From a virus, in IMG/VR virus record IMGVR_UViG_3300007513_001104: a stretch of DNA of 64,000 nucleotides. The stretch is one strand, 5' to 3'. The position numbers were made by a program, and so were the translations under genes. The notes below the pieces were generated by a model. The model was not told the DNA's origin. It saw only the letters and a list, made by a program, of their open reading frames with translations, and made no database searches. This document shows, in pieces, positions 31,882 to 40,282 of this stretch. The first letter of the stretch is position 1. Every line of letters begins with the position of its first letter.

Positions 31882-32177
31882 AATAAAGTGTTTGTCTTTC
31901 TCTTTTCTTTAAGTAAATTAAGATCTAATGCTTCTTCTTTTATTTTTGCTTTGATAGAAGCTGTTAAGAACTTACTAATACTTTCAATTTCAATTGACTT
32001 CTTTTCACAGTAATCTACAACCATATCCATACATGGCGAGTTCGTATTGAATGCCATCTTTTCTATATATTGTGAAAACTCTGTTGAAGTATGAAACTCT
32101 TTTGTAACGAGAAAGACATCACTAACTTTTTCTTCAGTCATTTTTATCGTGTTGTCTACTACTACTCTTGCCGTCAT
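31878..32177 (-). CDS. gp33: Late transcription coactivator gp33
   Basis: FSQYIE..MDMVVDYCEK..IE..K.KIKEEALDLNLL. Confidence 0.85.
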   Translation of the reverse strand: MTARVVVDNTIKMTEEKVSDVFLVTKEFHTSTEFSQYIEKMAFNTNSPCMDMVVDYCEKKSIEIESISKFLTASIKAKIKEEALDLNLLKEKRKTNTLL

Positions 32178-33033
32178 TACGTTTATTCTCCTTCACCCAT
32201 TGTTTAATATAATCGTGTACATCATTATGGCATTCTATATAAGGTTGAGTGCAACAGGTGCGCTTTGCCTCTCCCTTTCTATCAAATGTATGTACCACAG
32301 GATGATCAAAAGCTTTTGCTATTGATGAAATGCTTTTGGGTTCTCCTTTTCCAAAGTGTGCTACTGAAGGTACGTTAGGATCAGCCATAAGCTGTAACAT
32401 GCCTTGCACAACATCATGAACATGGGTAAAGTCTCTTTCCTTTTTCCCTGTTCCATAAATCGTTAATGGTTCGCCTTGTAAGTAGTCTTGTTTAAATTTC
32501 CTAACGACTGTGCTATATTCTCCATAGTCAGCCTCGCCAGGTCCATATACATTATAAAAGTACATTAAAACATAATCTAAAGAATATAATCTCCTATACA
32601 AATATAATAACTGTTCACACATTATTTTGCTAAATGTATAAGGATTTTCTTGTGCTTCATTATATTGTGTACTAGATGAGGTTGCAAAAAATAATTTACA
32701 ATTAAATACTCTAGCCCAATCAGCTACCGTTGTTGTAGTAGCAATATTATTGGTTATTGTTTCAGATGGATATTCTAATGCTCTTCTAACTCTTGGACTG
32801 TTTGCTAAATGAAATATACAGGCGGGAGGTTCAATTGTTGCGTGATGAGGATTAAAGGTTGAGACTTCAGCCTTATGATACTCCACGTTTTCATGTCTAA
32901 AAAATACTTTACCGGTTCTATTGTCGTCAATTACTGTAACAAAAAATCCTTGCTCAAGTAAATTTGCAACGAAATGTGATCCAATAAAACCGCACCCGCC
33001 TGTTACTATTATGTTTGGCATATCCGTTAACAT
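32134..33033 (-). CDS. NAD-dependent nucleotide-sugar epimerase/dehydratase
   Basis: TGGCGFIGS; SSS; YTFSK; NVYGPG; RDFTHV. Confidence 0.92.
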   Translation of the reverse strand: MLTDMPNIIVTGGCGFIGSHFVANLLEQGFFVTVIDDNRTGKVFFRHENVEYHKAEVSTFNPHHATIEPPACIFHLANSPRVRRALEYPSETITNNIATTTTVADWARVFNCKLFFATSSSTQYNEAQENPYTFSKIMCEQLLYLYRRLYSLDYVLMYFYNVYGPGEADYGEYSTVVRKFKQDYLQGEPLTIYGTGKKERDFTHVHDVVQGMLQLMADPNVPSVAHFGKGEPKSISSIAKAFDHPVVHTFDRKGEAKRTCCTQPYIECHNDVHDYIKQWVKENKRNDGKSSSRQHDKND

Positions 33034-33039
33034 TCTACT

Positions 33040-33068
33040 ATTATAGATTCTTTAGAACTAATTATCAA
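33040..33068 (-). promoter_or_regulatory. Sigma70-type promoter TTGATA-17-TATAAT
   Basis: Exact 17-bp spacer; ATG only 6 nt after the -10 box. Confidence 0.7.
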
Positions 33069-33552
33069 GAGGTTTATAGAAGATATGGTTGTCTATACTA
33101 ACCGTTTGAACATAATGGTTAGCCCAATCTGGATTAACCTTTTTACTGTGGTACCATAAAGCACCTTGTGTAAAGTCTGTTGCTTCCCAACCTAACATTA
33201 CAGATGCTAATAACAATATTTCGTCCCAACAAGATTCTGTAGGGGTATCTGATTTTCCATCACAATACCAACTGAACTGACACGAGTGAAGATCTATTCT
33301 ACCGCTAGGATAGTATTTAGTCTGTTTAACAACACCACAAACCGTGTCAGGAAAGTTAGGGTGTTCTACTCTGTTGAGTGTTACTAGAGCAACTGCAATT
33401 CTTCCAGCAGTTGATTCACTTCTAGCTTCAAAATATATATTCTCTGCCAAACATTGGACGTCTTCATGGTGTTCTGCCTTAACAGGACCTGTAAAAAATC
33501 CTAGTAACATTCCAAGAAATAATATTGGTAACAATGGCCATTTACTACTCAT
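33058..33552 (-). CDS. SleB-like cell wall hydrolase (Hydrolase_2)
   Basis: Signal peptide; CLAENIYFEARSE; NRV..FPDTVCGVV; CQFSWYCDG; HIFY. Confidence 0.93.
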   Translation of the reverse strand: MSSKWPLLPILFLGMLLGFFTGPVKAEHHEDVQCLAENIYFEARSESTAGRIAVALVTLNRVEHPNFPDTVCGVVKQTKYYPSGRIDLHSCQFSWYCDGKSDTPTESCWDEILLLASVMLGWEATDFTQGALWYHSKKVNPDWANHYVQTVSIDNHIFYKPLDN

Positions 33553-33577
33553 AGTCTTTGCCTCCTTTATTAGAAGT

Positions 33578-33620
33578 TATTTATACCGTATATTATAGCG
33601 GAGTTTTAGCCTAGAATCAA
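33578..33620 (-). promoter_or_regulatory. Tandem sigma70-type promoter (TTGATT-17-TATAAT, 33592-33620) and late promoter (TATAAATA, 33578-33585) for the hydrolase
   Basis: Both consensus elements read directly. Confidence 0.7.
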
Positions 33621-33647
33621 GCCCCAAAGTACCAAAAGCGCTGTGTG

Positions 33648-33678
33648 TATAAATATAAGTTGGTGTTATATAACACCA
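33648..33678 (+). promoter_or_regulatory. Late promoter followed by the perfect 18-bp palindrome TGGTGTTATATAACACCA
   Basis: TATAAATA at 33648-33655; palindrome at 33661-33678. Confidence 0.7.
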
Positions 33679-33703
33679 TAACGGAAAATTATAGGAGGTT
33701 TTT

Positions 33704-33892
33704 ATGACCACGGCAACATTGGGTACAGTTGCGAGGCGCATGAAAGCCAAAATTGACAGACTAAGTGAAGATCCTAGATACCCCGAAAGAGGTTATCGGA
33801 AAATCAACGACGCGGTTCAGCTAGTAACTTACATGATAGCTCCGATACTGTTACCATTTATATTAATGTACCTCCAGATGAAGGGAGGCTAA
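33704..33892 (+). CDS. Small membrane protein
   Basis: AGGAGG SD; C-terminal hydrophobic helix. Confidence 0.7.
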   Translation: MTTATLGTVARRMKAKIDRLSEDPRYPERGYRKINDAVQLVTYMIAPILLPFILMYLQMKGG

Positions 33893-33893
33893 A

Positions 33894-34013
33894 ATGTTCA
33901 TACAACAGATATGGGAATTTTGTAAAGCGTATCCAGGATGGGCAGCAGCATTTTTCTTTTGCGGCTACCTCATAGGGTTAGTAATAAAAAGTTCTATGGG
34001 CTTAATTAATTAA
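33894..34013 (+). CDS. 39-aa membrane peptide (MFIQQIWEFCKAYPGWAAAFFFCGYLIGLVIKSSMGLIN)
   Basis: Hand-translated; GGGAGG SD; starts 1 nt after the upstream stop. Confidence 0.6.
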   Translation: MFIQQIWEFCKAYPGWAAAFFFCGYLIGLVIKSSMGLIN

Positions 34014-34019
34014 GTCTCG

Positions 34020-34056
34020 AGGGAGGGTAATCTAATTGGGTTACCCTTTTCCTTTC
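34020..34056 (+). terminator. Intrinsic terminator hairpin
   Basis: AGGGTAAT...GTTACCCT stem followed by TTTCCTTT. Confidence 0.6.
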
Positions 34057-34087
34057 TCTGTTAGTACATGTCAACATAAATAATACT

Positions 34088-34219
34088 ATGAAACACATGA
34101 TCAAGTGGCTAAAGATATGTGCCCTGTTACTTACAATAATGCTTGTTGTTCATGCAATTGAAGTCACATACGATATCCTGTATCACAGAGACGCCGGCAC
34201 ACTTTTCATCCCACATTAA
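34088..34219 (+). CDS. 43-aa membrane peptide (MKHMIKWLKICALLLTIMLVVHAIEV...)
   Basis: Hand-translated; CATAAATA late-promoter variant about 5 nt upstream. Confidence 0.55.
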   Translation: MKHMIKWLKICALLLTIMLVVHAIEVTYDILYHRDAGTLFIPH

Positions 34220-34305
34220 AAAGAGTTACAAAAATAGCCCTTTCCTAACCTTTCTTTTATATAAATAAATTAGTGGCAGATAGTTTATTGCCACAAGGAG
34301 TAAAA

Positions 34306-34614
34306 ATGAAAAGAATAATAACAGCTGTTTTTCTTTTTTTCACCGTAGTCGTTAGTGGTTGTGCTTCAGTTGGAGCAGCCATAGACACAGTAAGAGACGT
34401 TGCTGCAACAGCAGTCGATACTACTGTTCAAGGAGCGGCCAACATAGCATCAGCAGTGGCTGAGGATGTAGTAGATACAACCAGTTTCGTAATCGAGCAA
34501 GGCGCAGGAATAGTAGAAGACGCTGCTGCTAAAGTAGATGAAGAGACTGATGAGCTATCAACTAGGAACGAGGTAGAAAAACCAGACTTTCCTACAGGTG
34601 AGTTGAAAGATTAA
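34306..34614 (+). CDS. Lipoprotein, Ala/Val/Asp-rich amphipathic helix
   Basis: AAGGAG SD before ATG 34306; signal peptide with lipobox VSGC; late promoter at 34260-34267. Confidence 0.8.
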   Translation: MKRIITAVFLFFTVVVSGCASVGAAIDTVRDVAATAVDTTVQGAANIASAVAEDVVDTTSFVIEQGAGIVEDAAAKVDEETDELSTRNEVEKPDFPTGELKD

Positions 34615-34629
34615 CTAGCTAGTCAAATT

Positions 34630-34672
34630 AAAGGGCCTGGATATATTCTCGAGTGTGTTCAGGCTTTTTTTT
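34630..34672 (+). terminator. Long GU-rich hairpin plus T8 terminator
   Basis: GCCTGGATATATTC/GAGTGTGTTCAGGC followed by a T run. Confidence 0.6.
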
Positions 34673-35312
34673 CATATGCGTCTCTGGCTTCCATCAACTT
34701 AGAAACATAGTTGTCTCTCTTTTCAACAAAAACCACCGGACCTTCATCTTCTTGAGCCATTAAAATAACCGTTTGATCTACAGGTATCCCTGTTCTTTCT
34801 TCAAACATTATGGCATAAGCTGAACATTGTATGAACATATTTTCACACATCCATTTTTCTTTCTTTTTCTTAGAAGTTTTAAAATCTATTATAGATAATC
34901 TTCCTCTATATTCTGCAACACAATCTACCTGGCCTGCAAGTCGTAAATGATCAGAATATAAAGTTGATTCAAGTGCTCTTATATTATCTATTTCGTTCAA
35001 CAAAGGACGAAAGTCTGAATACATTTCTTGATCTAAAATACTAAGATTGGATACATCTTCAGTCTCATTACGTAGAGCATTCTCACAGAGCTTATGAATT
35101 GATGTTCCACGAGTTGTTGCAATTCGTGTTATTTTATTTGCTTCTTTATGACCCACACGTTTGCGCCAAGCATCAATGCTTGGTTTTGATTTGTGGGATA
35201 AAATTGTTGTAATTGAAGGGTACAACAAACCCGAAGGAGTAACATATCTCCTTCCGTTGTCTGTATTGACACGTTTAAGCCCGTCTATTTCAACGGGTAT
35301 ATGATTAAACAT
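34659..35312 (-). CDS. PD-(D/E)XK exonuclease of T4-like phages
   Basis: YPSITTIL; RGTSIH; AGQVDC..IIDFKTS; Q..AYA. Confidence 0.88.
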   Translation of the reverse strand: MFNHIPVEIDGLKRVNTDNGRRYVTPSGLLYPSITTILSHKSKPSIDAWRKRVGHKEANKITRIATTRGTSIHKLCENALRNETEDVSNLSILDQEMYSDFRPLLNEIDNIRALESTLYSDHLRLAGQVDCVAEYRGRLSIIDFKTSKKKKEKWMCENMFIQCSAYAIMFEERTGIPVDQTVILMAQEDEGPVVFVEKRDNYVSKLMEARDAYEKKA

Positions 35313-35315
35313 AAT

Positions 35316-35537
35316 TTACCTAATCCAGCATTTATATCCTGAGCATTGGTCTTTTGGTTCGTAACAATAAACGCAAACACCTTTTTCGTCTGCTTCTTTT
35401 TGTTCTTGCTCGAACTCATGTTGTTCAGCTGCTGCGTCATTGTGTGCAGCTAAACCTTGTTCAAGGTCACGAACTTCTTCAGGTGTATATCTACCACCAG
35501 AAGCCTCTGCTAGGATTTCATGATATTCTTTAGTCAT
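35316..35537 (-). CDS. Hypothetical protein with a C-terminal Cys cluster
   Basis: CVYC..C...CW; overlaps the ligase stop. Confidence 0.6.
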   Translation of the reverse strand: MTKEYHEILAEASGGRYTPEEVRDLEQGLAAHNDAAAEQHEFEQEQKEADEKGVCVYCYEPKDQCSGYKCWIR

Positions 35538-36636
35538 TCCTCACTCCTACTCCCCAATCAATAACAACAGGAAATCTAGGTACTCCGTCTGGGGATTTTT
35601 CGAAGTATCTAACTGTCACCCAATTAGGTTTTACTTCCTGTTCCAATAAATCTTTTAGTGCTGCTTGGTTGCCTCGAACTCCACTTCTAAATGTTCTACC
35701 ATCTCCAAGTTCAAGTTCAAAGTGTTTGGCATATCCAGACCAGTTACCTGAGCCTTCTAATACTTCTACAACATCAAATTCTTCTGTTATAAACTCCTTC
35801 CTTTTCAACAAATTTTTACTTCTTTTGTTATCATAAGGAGCATTGTTTCTAACCATTTGTCCTTCATAACCATCTTCAGTATATTCTGAGTATAACTTAT
35901 CTAAAGCTTCTTGATCATCACATACTTCTGTTGGAACGTGAATTACTTTAGCGTGGTGTATTACTTTTGGCAACAAACTAATTCTATCTAAAAATAGTTT
36001 ATCTGTGTCTTTTGGATCAAAACAATCATAAACATGGTATTCAACCAAGTCCATTGTTTCGTATAATTCTTCTTCGCTAGGTTTAACTTTACGAACAAGA
36101 CTTGTAATTTTATTAAAATTATCCTTTAATTCGTGATTGTAAAGTTCACCATCTAAAATTATATCTGGATACACATCAAAAAACGGTTTTAAAGCAACCA
36201 CTATATGTGGGCATGTAGTAATTTCTTTTCCTGCCCTAGTATATAGTCCATCTATTCTAGCAATACATCTAATGCCGTCTAATTTGGGTTGACTAATGCC
36301 ACTTGGTTGTGGTCTTTTTGTATAGTCATGTGCAAGTTGTGGTTTGAACTTATCGTAAGTATCAACCTTTGAAATGTCTTCGAAGTATTCTTTTTCTACT
36401 TTCTTATCCCACATTGCCTGTGCTTCTTTTTGTGCTTGTTCAGCATCTGTAGTAGCATTTGCTTTGCCTGTGTTCTTACCTGTAGCATCTTTCCAACCAC
36501 TTGTAACTAATTTGCCGTCTTTTATACCAGCAATAGTTCTAGTAGCATTCAATACGCCATTGGAATATTCAACTGTTAGTTCACGAATGTTTCCGTTTGT
36601 GTCTCTTTTGTAGAGTGTTGGTAAAGGAAATATCAT
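35530..36636 (-). CDS. ATP-dependent DNA ligase (probable start MIFPLP at 36636)
   Basis: Motif I QPKLDGIRC; LDGELY; EGQMVR; LLKRK; RFP. Confidence 0.92.
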   Translation of the reverse strand: MIFPLPTLYKRDTNGNIRELTVEYSNGVLNATRTIAGIKDGKLVTSGWKDATGKNTGKANATTDAEQAQKEAQAMWDKKVEKEYFEDISKVDTYDKFKPQLAHDYTKRPQPSGISQPKLDGIRCIARIDGLYTRAGKEITTCPHIVVALKPFFDVYPDIILDGELYNHELKDNFNKITSLVRKVKPSEEELYETMDLVEYHVYDCFDPKDTDKLFLDRISLLPKVIHHAKVIHVPTEVCDDQEALDKLYSEYTEDGYEGQMVRNNAPYDNKRSKNLLKRKEFITEEFDVVEVLEGSGNWSGYAKHFELELGDGRTFRSGVRGNQAALKDLLEQEVKPNWVTVRYFEKSPDGVPRFPVVIDWGVGVRND

Positions 36637-36637
36637 C

Positions 36638-36847
36638 TTAACCCCAATCCTTGAAATGGCCATCTGCTTCGTTGTCATTGTAGCCTTTTGTGTACTCTAC
36701 AATTTCTTGAGCTGTCATATCTTTTAGGTTAACTCGATCAGTAGTATAAGTAGCACCTTTGTAATAGTGAGGATTAAATCCTCTTCCGTAATAACTATCT
36801 GCTGAACCTCTATCTGCTGGGCTTCCGTGTCTGTGTCTTATATTCAT
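36638..36847 (-). CDS. Conserved small phage protein (probable start MNIRHRHGSP)
   Basis: HGSPADRGSADSYYGR..PHY..KDWG motif; start coupled to the upstream stop. Confidence 0.7.
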   Translation of the reverse strand: MNIRHRHGSPADRGSADSYYGRGFNPHYYKGATYTTDRVNLKDMTAQEIVEYTKGYNDNEADGHFKDWG

Positions 36848-37263
36848 GCTTTCACCATTTCTGAAGCGCCTCTGTTGAGCCTTGTTGTTTTGCCTCGAAC
36901 ACCACCTGCTGAGTAACCAGCTATGTAATGTGGTCCAGTCCATGCTACGCTGTAGTTTTCAAAAACGTTTCCTCTAGGTCTATTAAGAGCTGGAGCATTG
37001 TAACCTGCTGCTTTTAAAATATCACCTTCACGGAATCTTTCATGTGTTAAGTTTACAAAACCCCAAACACTTCTTTCTGAAAGTATTTTAATAAATTTAC
37101 GGCCAACTTTTATTTCAAGTCCTGCTTTAAATTCTTCAATTCTGGCTTCTCCACGATCCATGTCGTAACCACTTTTTTCGTAGCTTACTCTAGTCCATCT
37201 GTCGTAGTCGTTGCCAATAGCTTCTAGTAGTTTTTCTAGTGCTTTTGTTAGTTTTTTGTCCAT
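36844..37263 (-). CDS. Conserved early hypothetical protein
   Basis: GRKFIKI..SVWGFV..GDILKAAG..APA..RGN; GAGG SD; behind a sigma70 promoter. Confidence 0.75.
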   Translation of the reverse strand: MDKKLTKALEKLLEAIGNDYDRWTRVSYEKSGYDMDRGEARIEEFKAGLEIKVGRKFIKILSERSVWGFVNLTHERFREGDILKAAGYNAPALNRPRGNVFENYSVAWTGPHYIAGYSAGGVRGKTTRLNRGASEMVKA

Positions 37264-37296
37264 CTAAGTCCTCACTTTTTTATTTAATATACATAC

Positions 37297-37325
37297 ATTA
37301 TGCACTCTCGTGAACCAAAAGTCAA
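37297..37325 (-). promoter_or_regulatory. Sigma70-type early promoter TTGACT-17-CATAAT
   Basis: Exact 17-bp spacer; A-rich upstream tract. Confidence 0.75.
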
Positions 37326-37424
37326 GCATTTTTAGGGTAGTTTTTTGAATCTTTTTATAAGCATGCTCCTAAGTTATTGATTTTTGAACATCATATATGT
37401 GCTCAAGGCGCGGATCACCCCCTT

Positions 37425-37739
37425 TTAATCTTTGTATATAGGTCCTAGCTTCTTTTTAACTCGTTTCAATGAGTCTCGGACGGCAGATGACTTCTTGTCT
37501 TTTGCCCCATATGTGTCTGCTAAACCAGAAGTTGGATTAGCGTCTGCAATCCTAGATAAAACCTGTTTAAATCCATCGGGCGGTCTTGTTCTGTCTCCTG
37601 TTCCTCCTACTATGTTTGGAGCTCCAATTATTTGTCGTAAATGTGGGTTAGCTTCTAACAATGCCTCTTTAGCTGAAATGGACATGAAGTCCTCATATAC
37701 ATCTCCCGTAATTGTATTCTCTATTGTATATGTTGGCAT
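37425..37739 (-). CDS. FmdB-like small T4-like protein
   Basis: MPTYT start; NPHLRQI; DGFKQVL. Confidence 0.65.
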   Translation of the reverse strand: MPTYTIENTITGDVYEDFMSISAKEALLEANPHLRQIIGAPNIVGGTGDRTRPPDGFKQVLSRIADANPTSGLADTYGAKDKKSSAVRDSLKRVKKKLGPIYKD

Positions 37740-37750
37740 TGTATTATCCT

Positions 37751-38053
37751 TTAATGAACCGCTATTGCGATTTCTTCTACACTATCTATAATTTTAAAGA
37801 TAGTCTTTTTACTTTGAGTTGAAAAGAGTTCAGAATTATAACCTTGTATTAGGCATTCCTTGATATATAATGGATCAAGTTTCTTTAAAACAGGTCGTGT
37901 ATATCTTAACTCTCTAAAGCCCCAAGTATTCAAACACAGTAAAGCAATGTCTATTTCCTGCTCAGTAAAAAATGCCATCCGATAGCCTTTTATTACTTTT
38001 GGCTTCGGTTCTTTTTTCTTAAATGGAATTACCTTTGCCTTCTGTGTGTCCAT
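37751..38053 (-). CDS. Hypothetical protein
   Basis: 100-aa ORF with TATAAATA at 38060-38067. Confidence 0.65.
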   Translation of the reverse strand: MDTQKAKVIPFKKKEPKPKVIKGYRMAFFTEQEIDIALLCLNTWGFRELRYTRPVLKKLDPLYIKECLIQGYNSELFSTQSKKTIFKIIDSVEEIAIAVH

Positions 38054-38069
38054 ATTAGTTATTTATATC

Positions 38070-38867
38070 CTATAATTTGTCTAACCAAGGAATAATTACT
38101 TCTTGGGCAAATAACTTTTGATATTTTTTTGGTGGATGATCTGGGATTTGTGTCTCGAATCCTTTCTCTTTACAAAAATCAAGTAGAGTAGATGAATACC
38201 AAGTAAAAGGATTTATTTGAGATTCTAATAATTTTGAAGTCTCGTATGTTATATTAAACAAACTATGATCCCACGCTTTAAAATTAAACAAAGGAATTTC
38301 TTTTATCTCACATAACCATTGAACACTTAATATATTTTCTATTGTTTTTAAATATTGTGCCTCTTCATTATGAAAGTTTTTAAGAAACAATCTCATTTTC
38401 CAATCTATATGATCGTCGCCAAACTCCCATAGGCCATAATTTCCACCACTTTTTAACCAAGAAGAATTTTCTCCTGGAAGGCCGTTATGCATTGGGTTAA
38501 GATAATCAGTTCCATCTAGCTGTTTTGTTTTAGGTACGACATAGTTGCTAAAAGATCCTGAGTGTTTGCCTCCGTTATCCCATTTATCGGGGTCTGGATT
38601 ATATTTTTTATAAAGACTCTCATATAAAAAAGGATCATCATCTTTATGAAAATACAGTTCAAATCTATTAGGATCAGACCAACCAACAACAACCGCGTCT
38701 GGTGACCGTCTGTATATAGCATTTATTGCGTTCCTAGCAATCATAGAATTGCATGCTGCCATTTCAGAAGACCTAATTACTTCATAGTCTTCTAAATAAT
38801 ATGGCCATGATGTCTTTGGGCCTGGAGCCATAGCAGAAAAACTATCACCACCTGCTAAGACGTGCAT
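38070..38867 (-). CDS. SGNH/GDSL-like protein
   Basis: GGDSFS near the N-terminus; WS...R; DHP near the C-terminus. Confidence 0.6.
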   Translation of the reverse strand: MHVLAGGDSFSAMAPGPKTSWPYYLEDYEVIRSSEMAACNSMIARNAINAIYRRSPDAVVVGWSDPNRFELYFHKDDDPFLYESLYKKYNPDPDKWDNGGKHSGSFSNYVVPKTKQLDGTDYLNPMHNGLPGENSSWLKSGGNYGLWEFGDDHIDWKMRLFLKNFHNEEAQYLKTIENILSVQWLCEIKEIPLFNFKAWDHSLFNITYETSKLLESQINPFTWYSSTLLDFCKEKGFETQIPDHPPKKYQKLFAQEVIIPWLDKL

Positions 38868-40282
38868 ACTTTTACTCCATACTTTCTTTCAAAGGCTTGG
38901 CCGTCGCTTTTAGTATTAACAATTGGTTTACCTTTTATATTAAGGCTCGTATTAAGTAACATAGGACATCCTGTTTCAAAATAAAATTCGTTAAGCAAGC
39001 TATATAATCCTAAATGTTGCTTTTTGTTTACTGTTTGAACTCTTGAAGTGCCATCATAATGAACTATGGCAGGATATTTCTCAGGTTCTTTGCACTTAAC
39101 CGTGTATTGCATAAAGGGCGCTTCTTTAACAGGCATGTGGAAATACTTATCTGCGTGTTCTTCCATTATAACCGGTGCGAAAGGTCTAAACTCTTGTCGT
39201 CTTTTAATTTTGTTTACTTTATCTTTTATATCTTTGCCACGAGGATCTGCTAATAAGCTTCTATTACCCAATGCCCTGGGGCCAAATTCTGCTCTTCCAT
39301 TAGCAACACCTACTATATTGCCTTTGAGTAGTTCACTTAATACTGGCCACACAGGATACATACCTTCTATATTATATCCTAAATAAGGTGTAAAATCTAC
39401 GTGCTCTTGTGTGTGAGCTAATACTGCTCCTAATGAAGAGCCTGCATCTCCAGGGTTAGGCATTATCCATACATTATCATAATACTCTAATGCAATAGTA
39501 TTTGCTACACAATTTAATGCACATCCTCCTTGCAAGACCAAGTTGTTTGTATAGTCCCACTTTTTAGATATCTCTAATATTTTCCTAAACTCTTCTTCGT
39601 ATATTTTTTGTGCTGCTGCTGCAAAATCAAAATATAGTGTTTTGTGTGGGTCGTCTATATGTTGCATAAATGATCTGCAACCACGTTGTAAATTTTGTTG
39701 TAACAACGGTTTCATATCATTATAAAATCTATCTGGATCTCCATAAGCTGCCATGCCCATTAAAATATACTCGTCCTCATTTGCTTTTAATTCACATCTA
39801 TCTGTAATAGCAGAATAAAACATACCTAAGGAAGTAGGATAACGTGTACTCCACCGTTTACCTAATGCGCCACTCCATATACTTGAAGTTGTCCACTCTC
39901 CAATGGCATCTATTACAATAACACTTCCATTAATAAAAGGACTTGTAAACATACCAGCTGCTGCGTGTGATTTGTGATGTGTTGTATATTTTACTGTCCA
40001 ATAATCTAAACCATAAGACCTAAGTAATTTTTTAACGTTATTCTTTTGCCATGGAAGTCCACTATATAAACGCCTCGTATTTTTCCAAAAAGGACTTTCA
40101 TGCCAGTACAATGTTTCAGGTTCTCCGTACTGCATGGCATCTTGTACTAGAGCTTTATTTAAATTTTTATCATTTTTAATACCACTGTAACGTTCGGCAT
40201 GTCCTGCAAATAAAATTTTATTATCTTCAAACACAGATATAGCTGCGTCATGATGTCCTGCTGATATACCCCATCTAATCAT
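38855..40282 (-). CDS. Carbamoyltransferase (NodU/CmcH family); start probably MIRWG at 40282
   Basis: HDAA; HHKSHAA; DAIGE; MGMAAYG; GGCALN; GDAG; EFGPRALGNRS; RPFAP; LNTSLN. Confidence 0.95.
   Translation of the reverse strand: MIRWGISAGHHDAAISVFEDNKILFAGHAERYSGIKNDKNLNKALVQDAMQYGEPETLYWHESPFWKNTRRLYSGLPWQKNNVKKLLRSYGLDYWTVKYTTHHKSHAAAGMFTSPFINGSVIVIDAIGEWTTSSIWSGALGKRWSTRYPTSLGMFYSAITDRCELKANEDEYILMGMAAYGDPDRFYNDMKPLLQQNLQRGCRSFMQHIDDPHKTLYFDFAAAAQKIYEEEFRKILEISKKWDYTNNLVLQGGCALNCVANTIALEYYDNVWIMPNPGDAGSSLGAVLAHTQEHVDFTPYLGYNIEGMYPVWPVLSELLKGNIVGVANGRAEFGPRALGNRSLLADPRGKDIKDKVNKIKRRQEFRPFAPVIMEEHADKYFHMPVKEAPFMQYTVKCKEPEKYPAIVHYDGTSRVQTVNKKQHLGLYSLLNEFYFETGCPMLLNTSLNIKGKPIVNTKSDGQAFERKYGVKVCTS

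Noticed and set aside
34659-35312. Cas4 / CRISPR adaptation gene
   Set aside because: Ordinary T4-like PD-(D/E)XK exonuclease without the four-Cys Fe-S motif; no array or other cas genes
36848-36943. N-terminal extensions given in the track for the 36638 ORF (likewise ligase to 36678 and carbamoyltransferase to 40378)
   Set aside because: They overlap upstream genes; downstream ATGs coupled to upstream stops match where the conserved motifs begin
37330-37424. Possible ncRNA or tRNA in the intergenic gap
   Set aside because: Only a weak hairpin and AT-rich promoter-upstream sequence; no cloverleaf or recognisable RNA motif
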